Assembly: GCA_965222215.1 (NCBI GenBank)
Contig: OZ244931.1
Location: 2,789,964 to 2,853,963 of the forward strand
DNA: 64,000 nt
Source of the DNA: Alphaproteobacteria bacterium
GTDB lineage: Bacteria > Pseudomonadota > Alphaproteobacteria > UBA6615
Direction: 5' to 3'
This document shows positions 10,485-19,377 of the stretch, piece after piece. The notes under the pieces are model-generated. The model was not told the origin of the DNA. It ran no database searches and saw only the letters and a list, made by a program, of their open reading frames with translations. The translations under genes and the position numbers were made by a program. Position 1 is the stretch's first letter; each line of letters opens with the position of its first letter.

Positions 10485-10587
10485 CCATCCGGCGCATCTG
10501 CCATACCCGGCGCGTACTTGCCCGCATGGGCCCGCGCGCCTAACGTTTGCGCCAACACATCGCACCCGAACCGCGAGAGAAAACGCC

Positions 10588-11991
10588 ATGGCTCCGTCCG
10601 ACCGCACAGGTTTCGCCCCGAATTCCGCCGCCGCGCGCGATATCGAGTACTACCTGCACCCCTTCACCAACCTGAAGATGCACGAGAAGAACGGCCCCCT
10701 GATCGTCAACGAGGGCAAGGGCATCTACGTCTATGACGACCAGGGCAACGAGATCATTGAGGGAATGGCGGGCCTGTGGTGCACGTCGCTGGGCTTCGGC
10801 GAGGAGCGCCTCGCCAAGGTCGCCTACGAGCAGATGCTGCGCCTGCCCTACATGCAGGGCTTCACGCACCGTTCGAACGAGGTGGCGATTGATCTGGCCG
10901 AAAAGCTGATCCAGATCGCGCCGGGCAACATGGGCAAGGTGTTTTTCACCAACTCCGGCTCCGAGGCCAACGACACCCAGGTGAAGATCGTCTGGTACTA
11001 CAACAATGCCCGCGGCAAGCCCGAGAAGAAGAAAATCATCGGCCGCCACAAGGCCTATCACGGGATCACGCTGGCCGCGTCGAGCCTGACCGGCGTCGAT
11101 TACGCCCAGAAGGGTTTCGACGTGCCGCTCGACCGGTTCCTGCACGTCACAACGCCTCACTACTGGCGCGAGGGGCAGGAAGGCGAGAGCGAGGACGAGT
11201 TCTCGACGCGCCTGGCCCAGGAGATCGACGACCTGATCGAGAGCGAAGGCCCGGACACGGTCGCCGCCTTTATCGCCGAGCCCGTCATGGGCGCGGGCGG
11301 GCTGATCCCGCCGCCGGCCGGCTACTTCCAAAAGGTGCAGGCCGTGCTGAAAAAGCACGACGTGCTGATGATCGCCGACGAGGTCATTACCGGGTTCATG
11401 CGCACCGGCAACATGTTCGGCTGCGAGACCTACGACATCCAGCCGGACCTGATCTCCATCGCCAAGGCGCTGTCGTCGGCCTACCTGCCGATCGGCGCGG
11501 TGATGATGACCAACGACGTCTACGAGGTGCTGCGCGAGGGCGGCGACAAGTTCGGCATGTGGAACACCGGCTACACCTATTCCGGCCACCCGGTCTCCGC
11601 CGCCGTCGCGCTGGAGACGCTGCGCATCTACGAGGAGCGCGACCTGCTCGGTCATGTCCGCTCCGTTATGGGCGGCTTCCAGGAGCAGATGGCCTCGTAT
11701 GCGGACCACCCGCTGGTCGGTGAAGTTCGCGGGGTCGGCCTGTTCGCCGCCTGGGAATTGACCCCTGACAAGGAAAACAAGGGCTCATTCGACCCGGCCA
11801 AGCGCGTCGCCTTCCAGATGGCGGCCATGGCCCAGGCGAACGGCCTGATCATGCGCGCGCTGCCGTCGGATTCCATTGCGCTCTGCCCGCCGCTGATCAT
11901 CAGCGAGGCGGAGATCGAGGAAACGGTCAAACGCGCCGCGAAATCCCTCGACGACATCTACAAGTGGGTCCAGGACGAGGGGCTGGTGTAA
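10588..11991 (+). CDS. class III (omega) aminotransferase, PLP-dependent
   Basis: 467 aa. Motifs are FFTNSGSEANDT, IAEPVMGAGG, LMIADEVITGFMRTG and DLISIAKALSSAY (PLP lysine). Confidence 0.9.
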   Translation: MAPSDRTGFAPNSAAARDIEYYLHPFTNLKMHEKNGPLIVNEGKGIYVYDDQGNEIIEGMAGLWCTSLGFGEERLAKVAYEQMLRLPYMQGFTHRSNEVAIDLAEKLIQIAPGNMGKVFFTNSGSEANDTQVKIVWYYNNARGKPEKKKIIGRHKAYHGITLAASSLTGVDYAQKGFDVPLDRFLHVTTPHYWREGQEGESEDEFSTRLAQEIDDLIESEGPDTVAAFIAEPVMGAGGLIPPPAGYFQKVQAVLKKHDVLMIADEVITGFMRTGNMFGCETYDIQPDLISIAKALSSAYLPIGAVMMTNDVYEVLREGGDKFGMWNTGYTYSGHPVSAAVALETLRIYEERDLLGHVRSVMGGFQEQMASYADHPLVGEVRGVGLFAAWELTPDKENKGSFDPAKRVAFQMAAMAQANGLIMRALPSDSIALCPPLIISEAEIEETVKRAAKSLDDIYKWVQDEGLV

Positions 11992-12003
11992 CTGACATCC
12001 CGG

Positions 12004-12128
12004 TCGTCACCCCTGCGCCCACCGCCGCGCTTCGCGCTATGGCGGATAAAAAGGCAGGGGCCCATTAACTCAAGCGCTTGGCCGGGCGTGCGTCGGCGTT
12101 AATGGATGCCTGCCTTCGCAGGCATGAC
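12004..12128. repeat. intergenic repeat family B, copy 1 (TCGTCACCCCTGCG...GGCGTTAATGGATGCCTGCC.GCAGGCATGAC), with a 33-nt insertion
   Basis: By eye it aligns with copy 2 at 26881..26972. Copy 1 carries an extra cccaccgccgcgcttcgcgctatggcggataaa inside the first hairpin loop. It lies 13 nt after the aminotransferase stop. Confidence 0.8.
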
Positions 12129-12208
12129 GAGCGAGCGTGTGACCTCTTACGTACACACCCCATCCGCGCTAACATCCGCGCAGGAAACAGGAAAACGGGA
12201 GCAGCGCC

Positions 12209-12631
12209 ATGAGCGAAGCAGTCGCGTATGATGAAAACGAAGCGCCGGGCTACGAGGTCCGCCGCAAGAACGACCCGCAGTTCGTCGAGGGCCGCCGGGA
12301 TTTCTTCGACTACATCGACCTGGGCACCCAGGAGGCCAGTGGCGGCAAGATGCGCGTCCAGGTCACCCGGGCGAAGGAAGGCCTGGTGAAGCCGACCGGC
12401 TGGCACACGCATATCTGCGAGGGCCAGTTCGTCTACATGCTCGACGGGTTTCTCGATCTCGCATTCGCGGACGGGACGGTGCATCTCGAAGCCGGGGATT
12501 CGATCTACATCCCGGGCGGCGTGCCGCACAACGAGACCGCAACCTCGGACACGTTCGACCTGATCGAGATCTCCATTCCGGCGAAGATGGACACCGAGCC
12601 CTGCGATCCGCCACCGGGAATGCCGGCCTGA
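12209..12631 (+). CDS. cupin domain protein
   Basis: 140 aa. Motifs are GWHTHICEGQFVYMLDG and GDSIYIPGGVPHNE, typical of a single cupin barrel. Confidence 0.75.
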   Translation: MSEAVAYDENEAPGYEVRRKNDPQFVEGRRDFFDYIDLGTQEASGGKMRVQVTRAKEGLVKPTGWHTHICEGQFVYMLDGFLDLAFADGTVHLEAGDSIYIPGGVPHNETATSDTFDLIEISIPAKMDTEPCDPPPGMPA

Positions 12632-12644
12632 CGGCGTCGCTTTC

Positions 12645-12718
12645 GTCATCGCGAGGCGCGAAGCAACGAAGCAATCCAGCGGCTCCGCTCTGGATTGCTT
12701 CGCTTCGCTTGCAATGAC
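12645..12718. repeat. intergenic hairpin repeat family A, copy 1 (GTCAT(T/C)GCGAG...GAAGCAATCCAG-loop-CTGGATTGCTTC...GCAATGAC)
   Basis: Nested inverted repeats are visible directly in the sequence. It lies 14 nt after the cupin stop. Related copies are at 14086, 24230 and 28301. Confidence 0.85.
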
Positions 12719-12843
12719 GAGACAGGTTTTCAACTGCGTCGAGCCGCCGCGATGGATAATTCCGGGCTGACTGCTATATTTTGCGCTGAATACGAAGCGT
12801 CGGTGGCTTGCCCCTCCGTCGGGGCAGCTGGCGAGATGGGCCT

Positions 12844-14055
12844 ATGGATTACGAAAAGCACTTTGCCGATAACCTGAACGGCATGCGCGCCGAGGGAAAC
12901 TATCGCGAATTCGCGGAGCTCGAGCGGCAGTCGGGCAATTTCCCGCGCGCGGTACGCCATGTCGACGGCAAGACCCAGGATATCGTCGTGTGGTGCGCCA
13001 ACGACTATCTCGGCATGGGCCAACACCCCGACGTGATCGCCGCCATGCACGAGGTGCTGGATAAGTGCGGCGCCGGCGCGGGCGGAACCCGCAATATCTC
13101 CGGCACCAATCACTATCACGTCCTGCTGGAAGAAGAATTGGCCGACCTCCACCGCAAGGAGGCCGCACTCTTGTTCACGTCGGGCTACGTCGCCAACTGG
13201 ACGGCGCTCTCGACCCTGGCCTCACGGCTGCCCGAATGCCTCGTGGTGTCGGACGCGCTCAACCACAACTCAATGATCGAGGGCATCCGCCACGGCCGGT
13301 CGGAGAAGGTTGTGTTCCGTCACAACGACCCCGAGCATCTCGACCAGATTCTCTCCGAAGTCGACCCGGAGCGGGCGAAGATCGTGGCGTTCGAATCCGT
13401 CTATTCGATGGATGGCGATATCGCGCCCATCGAGGAGATCGTCGAGGTCGCGGAGAAACATAACGCGCTGACCTATCTCGACGAGGTGCACGCCGTCGGT
13501 ATGTACGGCGAGCGCGGCGCGGGCGTCGCCGAACGTGACGGGGTCATGCACCGTGTCGACATTGTTCAGGGCACTCTGGGCAAGGCGTTCGGCAACGTCG
13601 GCGGATATATCGCCGCATCCGCGAACCTGGTCGATTTTGTGCGCTCCAACGGCGCCGGCTTCATCTTTTCCACTTCGCTGCCTCCACATGTCGCAGCGGG
13701 TGCACGGGCTGCGATCCGCATCCTCAAGGCGGACAATTCACTCCGGGAACGCCATCAGGAGCGCGCCGCGACTCTGAAATCGCGCCTGACGGCGGCGGGC
13801 ATGGAGGTCATGCCGTCCGTCAGTCACATCGTCCCGGTTTTTGTGGGCGACGCGCGGCTCTGCAAGATCGCCAGCGACGAGCTGCTCGACCGGCACGGCA
13901 TCTACGTGCAGCCGATCAACTACCCGACCGTGCCGCGCGGCACCGAGCGGCTGCGCATTGCACCGACGCCGCTGCACGACGACGCGATGATGGATCATCT
14001 GGTCGCCGGGTTCGAGGATGTGTGGACACGGCTGAACCTTCGTTCAGCGGCCTAG
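12844..14055 (+). CDS. hemA: 5-aminolevulinate synthase
   Basis: Begins [23 protein letters not shown]. Other motifs are [37 protein letters not shown] and GTLGKAFG (PLP lysine). I chose the ATG at 12844 over the track start at 12808. Confidence 0.95.
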   Translation: MDYEKHFADNLNGMRAEGNYREFAELERQSGNFPRAVRHVDGKTQDIVVWCANDYLGMGQHPDVIAAMHEVLDKCGAGAGGTRNISGTNHYHVLLEEELADLHRKEAALLFTSGYVANWTALSTLASRLPECLVVSDALNHNSMIEGIRHGRSEKVVFRHNDPEHLDQILSEVDPERAKIVAFESVYSMDGDIAPIEEIVEVAEKHNALTYLDEVHAVGMYGERGAGVAERDGVMHRVDIVQGTLGKAFGNVGGYIAASANLVDFVRSNGAGFIFSTSLPPHVAAGARAAIRILKADNSLRERHQERAATLKSRLTAAGMEVMPSVSHIVPVFVGDARLCKIASDELLDRHGIYVQPINYPTVPRGTERLRIAPTPLHDDAMMDHLVAGFEDVWTRLNLRSAA

Positions 14056-14085
14056 AACCATGCCGCTCCGGTTTCTTATTCCGCT

Positions 14086-14170
14086 GTCATTGCGAGCCGA
14101 AGGCGAAGCAATCCAGAGCGGGCAAGACCGAGACACTGGATTGCTTCGTCGCGTTGCTCCTCGCAATGAC
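14086..14170. repeat. intergenic hairpin repeat family A, copy 2
   Basis: Sequence is GTCATTGCGAGCCGAAGGCGAAGCAATCCAG...CTGGATTGCTTCGTCGCGTTGCTCCTCGCAATGAC. It lies 31 nt after the hemA stop. Confidence 0.85.
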
Positions 14171-14184
14171 GAGGCCGCCTAGCC

Positions 14185-14715
14185 ATGTACCGCGACAAGA
14201 CACTCATCCCCAGCGAGGCCATCCGGCTATGCATGCTGGGCTCGCTCGCGGTGAGACCCTTCATCTATGCCGAACTGGCCCGTGAGGTTCGCGCGTTCAC
14301 CAGCCGAATCGCAGGACCATCGATCGACATGATGGGCTCGTCGATCGAGGTGTTGCGGGCGGAGGGCCTTGTACGCCCGATCGAGGACAAACCCGATCCG
14401 GCTGACGAAACACTGGAACTGACCGAGGCAGGTCGCGAGGAACTTCGCGAACTCCTGATCTCGAATGTGCGCAGTCCCGTGGACGGGGTTTCGCAGCTCG
14501 TCTTCGCACTCAAGCTACGCTTCCTGCACCTGCTGCCGGACGAAGACGCGCACGACCAGATCGTGCGCATGCGCGAGATCAGCGAGACCGAACGGGCCCG
14601 CCTGATCGACCTCAAGTCCCGATACGGAAACGAACCCGGCCGATTCGATGCCTGGCTTGACCTGGAGCTCGCCCAGGTCGAGGACAGGCTCGAATGGCTG
14701 GAGACGATGGACTAG
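14185..14715 (+). CDS. PadR-like winged-helix transcriptional regulator (tentative)
   Basis: 176 aa. The N-terminus (IRLCMLGSLAVRPFIYAELAREV...SIEVLRAEGLV) fits the PadR wHTH pattern, and the C-terminal half is helical. The family call is from pattern memory only. Confidence 0.45.
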   Translation: MYRDKTLIPSEAIRLCMLGSLAVRPFIYAELAREVRAFTSRIAGPSIDMMGSSIEVLRAEGLVRPIEDKPDPADETLELTEAGREELRELLISNVRSPVDGVSQLVFALKLRFLHLLPDEDAHDQIVRMREISETERARLIDLKSRYGNEPGRFDAWLDLELAQVEDRLEWLETMD

Positions 14716-14724
14716 GGCGAGCGC

Positions 14725-15276
14725 CTACTCCGCCGCATCCGGCCAGGCGCCGGCCGCCTTGAGCTCCTCGACCGCCTCCGGCGACCATTCGACGCCCGGC
14801 GTATCGCCGCCGACGACGGCCATGATGGTGCCCCGCGCCTCGCCGTCGCGCGCGCTCATGCACTCGAAGCGGCGCTGGATGCCCGGCGGAAAGGACACCA
14901 CGTCCTTCTCCTCGAGGATGACATGGTCGTCGCCATCCTCGCCTTCCCACTCGAACTTCCAGGTTCCCTCGATCACCACGAAGGTCTCGTTGGTGTCGTG
15001 GGTGTGCATCATGACGCCCTGGCCCGGGTCTGCGGTCACGTAGCCGATGCCGAAGCCCGCCTGAAGATGGGAAATCTTCGGCTTCGCGTCGTCGCCGATC
15101 GGCGAATACACATCCTCCCCCGAAGGCTGGGAAAAGCCGAGCGCGTTGCGGAACGTGCGGTAGTAGCCCTCGACTTTCTGGTCGGGAAGCCCGCTGTCGA
15201 CGGCTTCGATTTCGTCGAACCGCGCCACGCATTTCAGGACGTCTTCTTTCTTGGGTTTGTGTACCGGAATAGCCAT
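14725..15276 (-). CDS. cupin protein, type A (paralog of 15988..16548)
   Basis: Begins MAIPVHKPKKEDVLKCVARFDEIE, with the metal motif MMHTHDTNETFVV. A GGAGGAG RBS lies 8 nt upstream of the ATG at 15276. Close paralog of the gene two positions upstream. Confidence 0.8.
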   Translation of the reverse strand: MAIPVHKPKKEDVLKCVARFDEIEAVDSGLPDQKVEGYYRTFRNALGFSQPSGEDVYSPIGDDAKPKISHLQAGFGIGYVTADPGQGVMMHTHDTNETFVVIEGTWKFEWEGEDGDDHVILEEKDVVSFPPGIQRRFECMSARDGEARGTIMAVVGGDTPGVEWSPEAVEELKAAGAWPDAAE

Positions 15277-15374
15277 GGATCGAATCTCCTCCAGATGGAC
15301 AGGCCGGGAGTCTACGCAGACGGCCCCCGGCCTGAATTGCTTTGGATCAATCCTTTTTCGGTCGACCGGTCTTG

Positions 15375-15953
15375 TCAATCCGCCGGCGCACTTTGCTCGG
15401 CCGTGAACTGAAGGCCCATCCGCTCAATCCCCGCCTTGGCGTCGGCACCGAAGCGTTCCTCAAGCTCGGCGCCCACCTCGGGCGGGTAGTAGACGTCGCG
15501 CAGCGCGTCGTCCGGCTGCCCGGCGATAATCACGAGCAGGGTCGCGTTCTCGGTCTCGGACACGTTCTCGAACTGCCGCATCACGCCCGGCGGAACGGCG
15601 ATGAAGTCGTTCTCATCGAGGACCGTCTCGAACCGGCCGTGATCGCCGTAACGGATGAGGAACTGCCCTTTCAGGCACATGAAGCTTTCATGCGTTTCCA
15701 CATGGGCGTGAATCAGGGGGCCGTCGCCCGGCGGGCAGTCAAGGACATAGACCGAGATCCCGCCGCCCCCGATGGCCGCCCCCGGAACCGCCCCTTCCGA
15801 GACAATCGTGTAGATGCGGTCGGCAGCGATCATGCGCATGGCCTCGGCAGGCACGCCTTCCTTGCGCGCATACTCGTTCTCGCTGAGTTCGAGCTTCGCG
15901 AACCGGGCGATGTGCTTTTCCATCGCCTCGGGGGTGATGTCGACGGTTTTCAT
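15375..15953 (-). CDS. cupin protein, type B
   Basis: 192 aa. Motifs are HIARFAKLEL, LIHAHVETHESFMCLKG and IAVPPGVMRQFEN. Confidence 0.75.
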   Translation of the reverse strand: MKTVDITPEAMEKHIARFAKLELSENEYARKEGVPAEAMRMIAADRIYTIVSEGAVPGAAIGGGGISVYVLDCPPGDGPLIHAHVETHESFMCLKGQFLIRYGDHGRFETVLDENDFIAVPPGVMRQFENVSETENATLLVIIAGQPDDALRDVYYPPEVGAELEERFGADAKAGIERMGLQFTAEQSAPAD

Positions 15954-15987
15954 GGTCGTATCCTCCGCAGGGCCGGAAGGCGGCCGG

Positions 15988-16548
15988 TTATTCGGCCGCC
16001 TGCTCGTCTTCCGGCCACAGGCCGGCTTCCTTCAGCTTCTCGATGGACTCGGGCGAATACTCGCCGCCCGGCTGATCCCCGCCGATGACGCCGAGCAGGA
16101 CGCCCTTTTCCTGCCCTTCGCGCGCACTCTGGCACTCGAACCGGCGCTGGATTCCCGGCGGGAAGGAAATCACGTCTTTCTCTTCGAGGAACACTTCCTC
16201 GTTGCCGTCTTCGCCTTCCCATTCGAGCTTCCAGGACCCCTCCATCACGACGAAGGTCTCGTTGGTGTCATGGGTATGCATCATCACGCCCTGGGTCGGG
16301 CGGGCCGAAACGAAGGCGAGACCGAAACCGGGCTTGAGATGCGTGATGAACGGCTTGGCCTCGTCGCCCACCGGCGAATAGGTCTCTTCGCCTTCCGGCT
16401 GCTGGAAACCGAGCACGTTCGAAAACGTGCGGTGAAACCCTTCGACAGCTGCGTCCGGCAGGCCGCCGTCGGTGTGGTACAGGTCGTCGAAACGCGCGAC
16501 GCACTTGAGGACGTCTTCTTTGGCGGGACGGATAACGGGGATCGGCAT
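15988..16548 (-). CDS. cupin protein, type A-prime (paralog of 14725..15276)
   Basis: Begins MPIPVIRPAKEDVLKCVARFDDLY, with MMHTHDTNETFVVMEG and FPPGIQRRFEC. I chose the ATG at 16548 with a GGAG RBS. Confidence 0.8.
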   Translation of the reverse strand: MPIPVIRPAKEDVLKCVARFDDLYHTDGGLPDAAVEGFHRTFSNVLGFQQPEGEETYSPVGDEAKPFITHLKPGFGLAFVSARPTQGVMMHTHDTNETFVVMEGSWKLEWEGEDGNEEVFLEEKDVISFPPGIQRRFECQSAREGQEKGVLLGVIGGDQPGGEYSPESIEKLKEAGLWPEDEQAAE

Positions 16549-16667
16549 GGCGTGGCTCCGGTTATGTTGGTTTCTGTAGATGACACAATTGGGCCCATTC
16601 AACGCTGTGGCCGGTCGCGCTGCAATAAATCGACGCGAATAGGCTTATTCGTCCCTACAATGTCGCC

Positions 16668-17588
16668 ATGATCGAGGACCGGAAGATCGACCTGCACCTG
16701 CTGCGCTGCCTGGACGTGCTGATCGCGGAAGGCAGCGTCACGCGGGCCGCGGAACGCATGGATATGAGCCAGCCCGGCATGAGCAACGCGCTCGCCCGCC
16801 TGCGCGAAGTCTTCGGCGATCCCCTTCTCGTGCGCACGCCGAAGGGCATGGAGCCGACCGAACGCGCGCTTTCGGTGCGGGGCTCCGTGCGTGAAGCCCT
16901 CGACCGGATCGAGGGCGCGCTGGCGGGCGATGCCGACTTCGACCCGGCGACTGCCTCGTTGAACGTCACCATCGCGACCACGGACTATGCGAGTTTCGTG
17001 CTGATGCCGCCGCTCATGGCGCGCCTCGCGACCGAGGCTCCCGGCCTGACGATCACAATCCGCCCGCCGGATCTTGGGACCATCCGCGAGTGGCTGCAGG
17101 AAGGCAGCGGCGAACTCGTGATCGGTTTCCTGCCCGAAGCCGCGGAGACCCTGAAAACCTCGACGCTCTACCGCGACCGCCTGGTCGTCGTGGCGCGCCA
17201 GGGACACCCGTCCATCGACGGGGCGCTGTCGCTCGACACCTTCGCGGCGGCGCGGCATGTGATTTTCGGGTCCGCGTTCAGCGGGTTGTCGACGCTCGAA
17301 TCCCACCTCGACGACCTGCTCGAGGCCCAGGGCATCGTCCGCCAGGCGGGCATGCGCATTCCGAGTGCGCTGCTGTCTCCCCACCTCGTGGCTGCCAGCG
17401 ACATGATCGCCATCCTGCCGGAGAGGTTCGTAAATTCCCTGCGCGGCGGGCCGACGCTGCAGGCATTCGATCTTCCGTTCGAAGCGCCGGAACTGCCCAT
17501 TGCCATGATCTGGCACGAGCGCACGCAACAGAACGGCGCGATGGCCTGGCTTCGCGAGAAGCTGCGCGAGGTCGCGCGGAGTGTCTAG
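16668..17588 (+). CDS. LysR-family transcriptional regulator
   Basis: N-terminal HTH is LHLLRCLDVLIAEGSVTRAAERMDMSQPGMSNALARLRE, followed by a substrate-binding domain. It is divergent from the three-cupin operon. Confidence 0.9.
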   Translation: MIEDRKIDLHLLRCLDVLIAEGSVTRAAERMDMSQPGMSNALARLREVFGDPLLVRTPKGMEPTERALSVRGSVREALDRIEGALAGDADFDPATASLNVTIATTDYASFVLMPPLMARLATEAPGLTITIRPPDLGTIREWLQEGSGELVIGFLPEAAETLKTSTLYRDRLVVVARQGHPSIDGALSLDTFAAARHVIFGSAFSGLSTLESHLDDLLEAQGIVRQAGMRIPSALLSPHLVAASDMIAILPERFVNSLRGGPTLQAFDLPFEAPELPIAMIWHERTQQNGAMAWLREKLREVARSV

Positions 17589-18365
17589 TCAGTAAAGGTG
17601 CTGGCCGCCGGTCACGAAAATTTCCGTGCCCGTCACGTACCCGAAATCCGGATTGCAGAGCTGGAACACGGTCGCCGCGACCTCTTCCGCCGAACCCATG
17701 CGCCGCATGGGAATTCGGTTGACCAGCGGTTCGTACTCATCGCCGATCATCTCGGTCTCGATCTCTCCGGGCGCGACCGCGTTGACCCGGACGTTGAGTT
17801 CCGCGAACTCCACCGCCATTTCGCGCGTCAGCGCGGAGAGCGCGGCCTTGGACGTCGAATAGGCCGAGCCGGCGAACGGATGGATGGCGTGTCCTGCAAT
17901 CGATGTGATGTTCACGATCGCCGCGCCGCCGCCGGCATCGGGATTGTCTTCATCCGCCTTGCCGGCCTTCGCCAGCGGGGCGGCAAACCCCCGCCCCAAC
18001 GCCAGCGGCGCGAACAGGTTGAGCTGGAAAACCTCTCGCCAGTCATCGATCGGGCCGTTGAGACAGCCCAGCCGTTCCTGGAATTCGGTCTTGGGGGAGA
18101 CGGCCGCGTTGTTGACCAGCGCGTTCAGGGGCGCATCGCCGAGAACGTCCAGGGCCTCGCCGATAAATCGCTCGACATCTACCGGATCGCCCAGGTCAGT
18201 GGGGATGTGCGATGTCCAGTTCGGGTCGCGCTTGCAATGCTCGGGCACCGGGTCGCGGGAGCAGGTGATGATCTGCCAGCCCTCGTCGGAGAATCGCTTG
18301 ACGGTCGCGTGGCCGATACCGCGGCTCGCGCCCGTCAGAATCACGCTGCGGCGAATTTCGTTCAT
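17589..18365 (-). CDS. short-chain dehydrogenase/reductase (SDR)
   Basis: Cofactor motif is VILTGASRGIGHA. Also present are NNAA and the catalytic YSTSKAAL. Confidence 0.9.
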   Translation of the reverse strand: MNEIRRSVILTGASRGIGHATVKRFSDEGWQIITCSRDPVPEHCKRDPNWTSHIPTDLGDPVDVERFIGEALDVLGDAPLNALVNNAAVSPKTEFQERLGCLNGPIDDWREVFQLNLFAPLALGRGFAAPLAKAGKADEDNPDAGGGAAIVNITSIAGHAIHPFAGSAYSTSKAALSALTREMAVEFAELNVRVNAVAPGEIETEMIGDEYEPLVNRIPMRRMGSAEEVAATVFQLCNPDFGYVTGTEIFVTGGQHLY

Positions 18366-18401
18366 GCGCCACAGGTAGATCACCGGCGGCGCATTGGAAA
18401 G

Positions 18402-18662
18402 TCACGATTCTGGATGGGTGTCGATAAAGTGCCGGAGGACCGCGACCAGTTTCGCCATATGGGCATGGTTGCCGTGCGCCCGCGCGGTCTCGATATCGTC
18501 GACGATCATACGCTGAATGCGCCGTTCACCGTCGGGCGTATGGCAAAGATACTGCCCCATCTCCATCGCCACCATCTCGGGCACATGCTCGTGCTCGGCG
18601 ATGGCAGCCACCTCTTCTTCGCTCAATTCGCAGAGCGCCAGGCAATCGTTACGTGTGAGCAT
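18402..18662 (-). CDS. small hypothetical protein (His/Cys/Glu-rich, helical)
   Basis: 86-aa ORF (MLTRNDCLALCELSEEEVAAIAEHEHVPEMVAMEMGQYLCHTPDGERRIQRMIVDDIETARAHGNHAHMAKLV...). Its composition looks coding-like. It lies between pdxH and the SDR gene on the same strand. I recognise no family. Confidence 0.5.
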   Translation of the reverse strand: MLTRNDCLALCELSEEEVAAIAEHEHVPEMVAMEMGQYLCHTPDGERRIQRMIVDDIETARAHGNHAHMAKLVAVLRHFIDTHPES

Positions 18663-18744
18663 TCCGGGGCCTCATCCGTTTCAAGAGCCCCAAGTGTTAC
18701 AGATCGATGAAAACACGCATTGGGATAGATCAAGCGCGGCGCAA

Positions 18745-19326
18745 TCAGGGCTGAAGGCGCTCGACACGCCACCCGTCGCCGTTGCGCAAGAAGAGTTGAC
18801 GGTCATGCAGACGATCCGGTCGATCGGTCCAGAACTCGATCCGCGCCGGCGTCACGCGAAAACCCGACCAGTGCGGCGGCCGCGGAATCTCCGCGCCCTC
18901 GTACTCCGCGGACAGATCGCGGACACGTTGTTCGAGGATTTCGCGCGAATCGACCGGCTGCGACTGCTCCGATGCCCAGGCGCCGATCTGGCTGCCACGC
19001 GGACGGCTTGCAAAATAGGCGTCCGCCTCTTCCGCCGAAACGGGGCCCGCCGGACCGTCGATCCGCACCTGGCGGCCGAGCGATTTCCAATAGAAACAAA
19101 GCGATGCGTTGGGGTTCGCGAGAAGTTCGCCACCCTTCAAGCTGTTGAAATTCGTATAGAAAACGAACCCGCGGGCATCGTGGCCCTTGAGCAGGACCAT
19201 CCGCGTGGACGGCTTTCCGTCCGCCGACACGGTCGCCAGCGTCATCGCGTTCGGGTTGACGGGCTCGGCGGCCACGGCCTCGTTAAGCCATTCATCGAAA
19301 AGGGCAATCGGGTCGGTCTGGGACAT
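18745..19326 (-). CDS. pdxH: pyridoxamine 5'-phosphate oxidase
   Basis: Motifs are [47 protein letters not shown] and [14 protein letters not shown]. Confidence 0.95.
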   Translation of the reverse strand: MSQTDPIALFDEWLNEAVAAEPVNPNAMTLATVSADGKPSTRMVLLKGHDARGFVFYTNFNSLKGGELLANPNASLCFYWKSLGRQVRIDGPAGPVSAEEADAYFASRPRGSQIGAWASEQSQPVDSREILEQRVRDLSAEYEGAEIPRPPHWSGFRVTPARIEFWTDRPDRLHDRQLFLRNGDGWRVERLQP

Positions 19327-19361
19327 GCCTTAATTCTGCCAGGAAGCCGCAATCCAATAGG

Positions 19362-19377
19362 TGTGACGACAATCATA
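19362..19377 (+). promoter_or_regulatory. CRP-type box TGTGAcgacaaTCATA with a class II promoter geometry
   Basis: The box is TGTGA-N6-TCATA. Exactly 21 nt downstream lies TACGTT (19399..19404). The flank g.GGAACGG and the ...CCCTACGTT motif are shared with the box at 44863. Confidence 0.55.

Noticed and set aside
12781-12794. TTGCGctgaATACG upstream of hemA, considered as an FNR/FnrL box (TTGAT-N4-ATCAA).
   Set aside because: Only about 6 of 10 consensus positions match, which is too weak to call from sequence alone.
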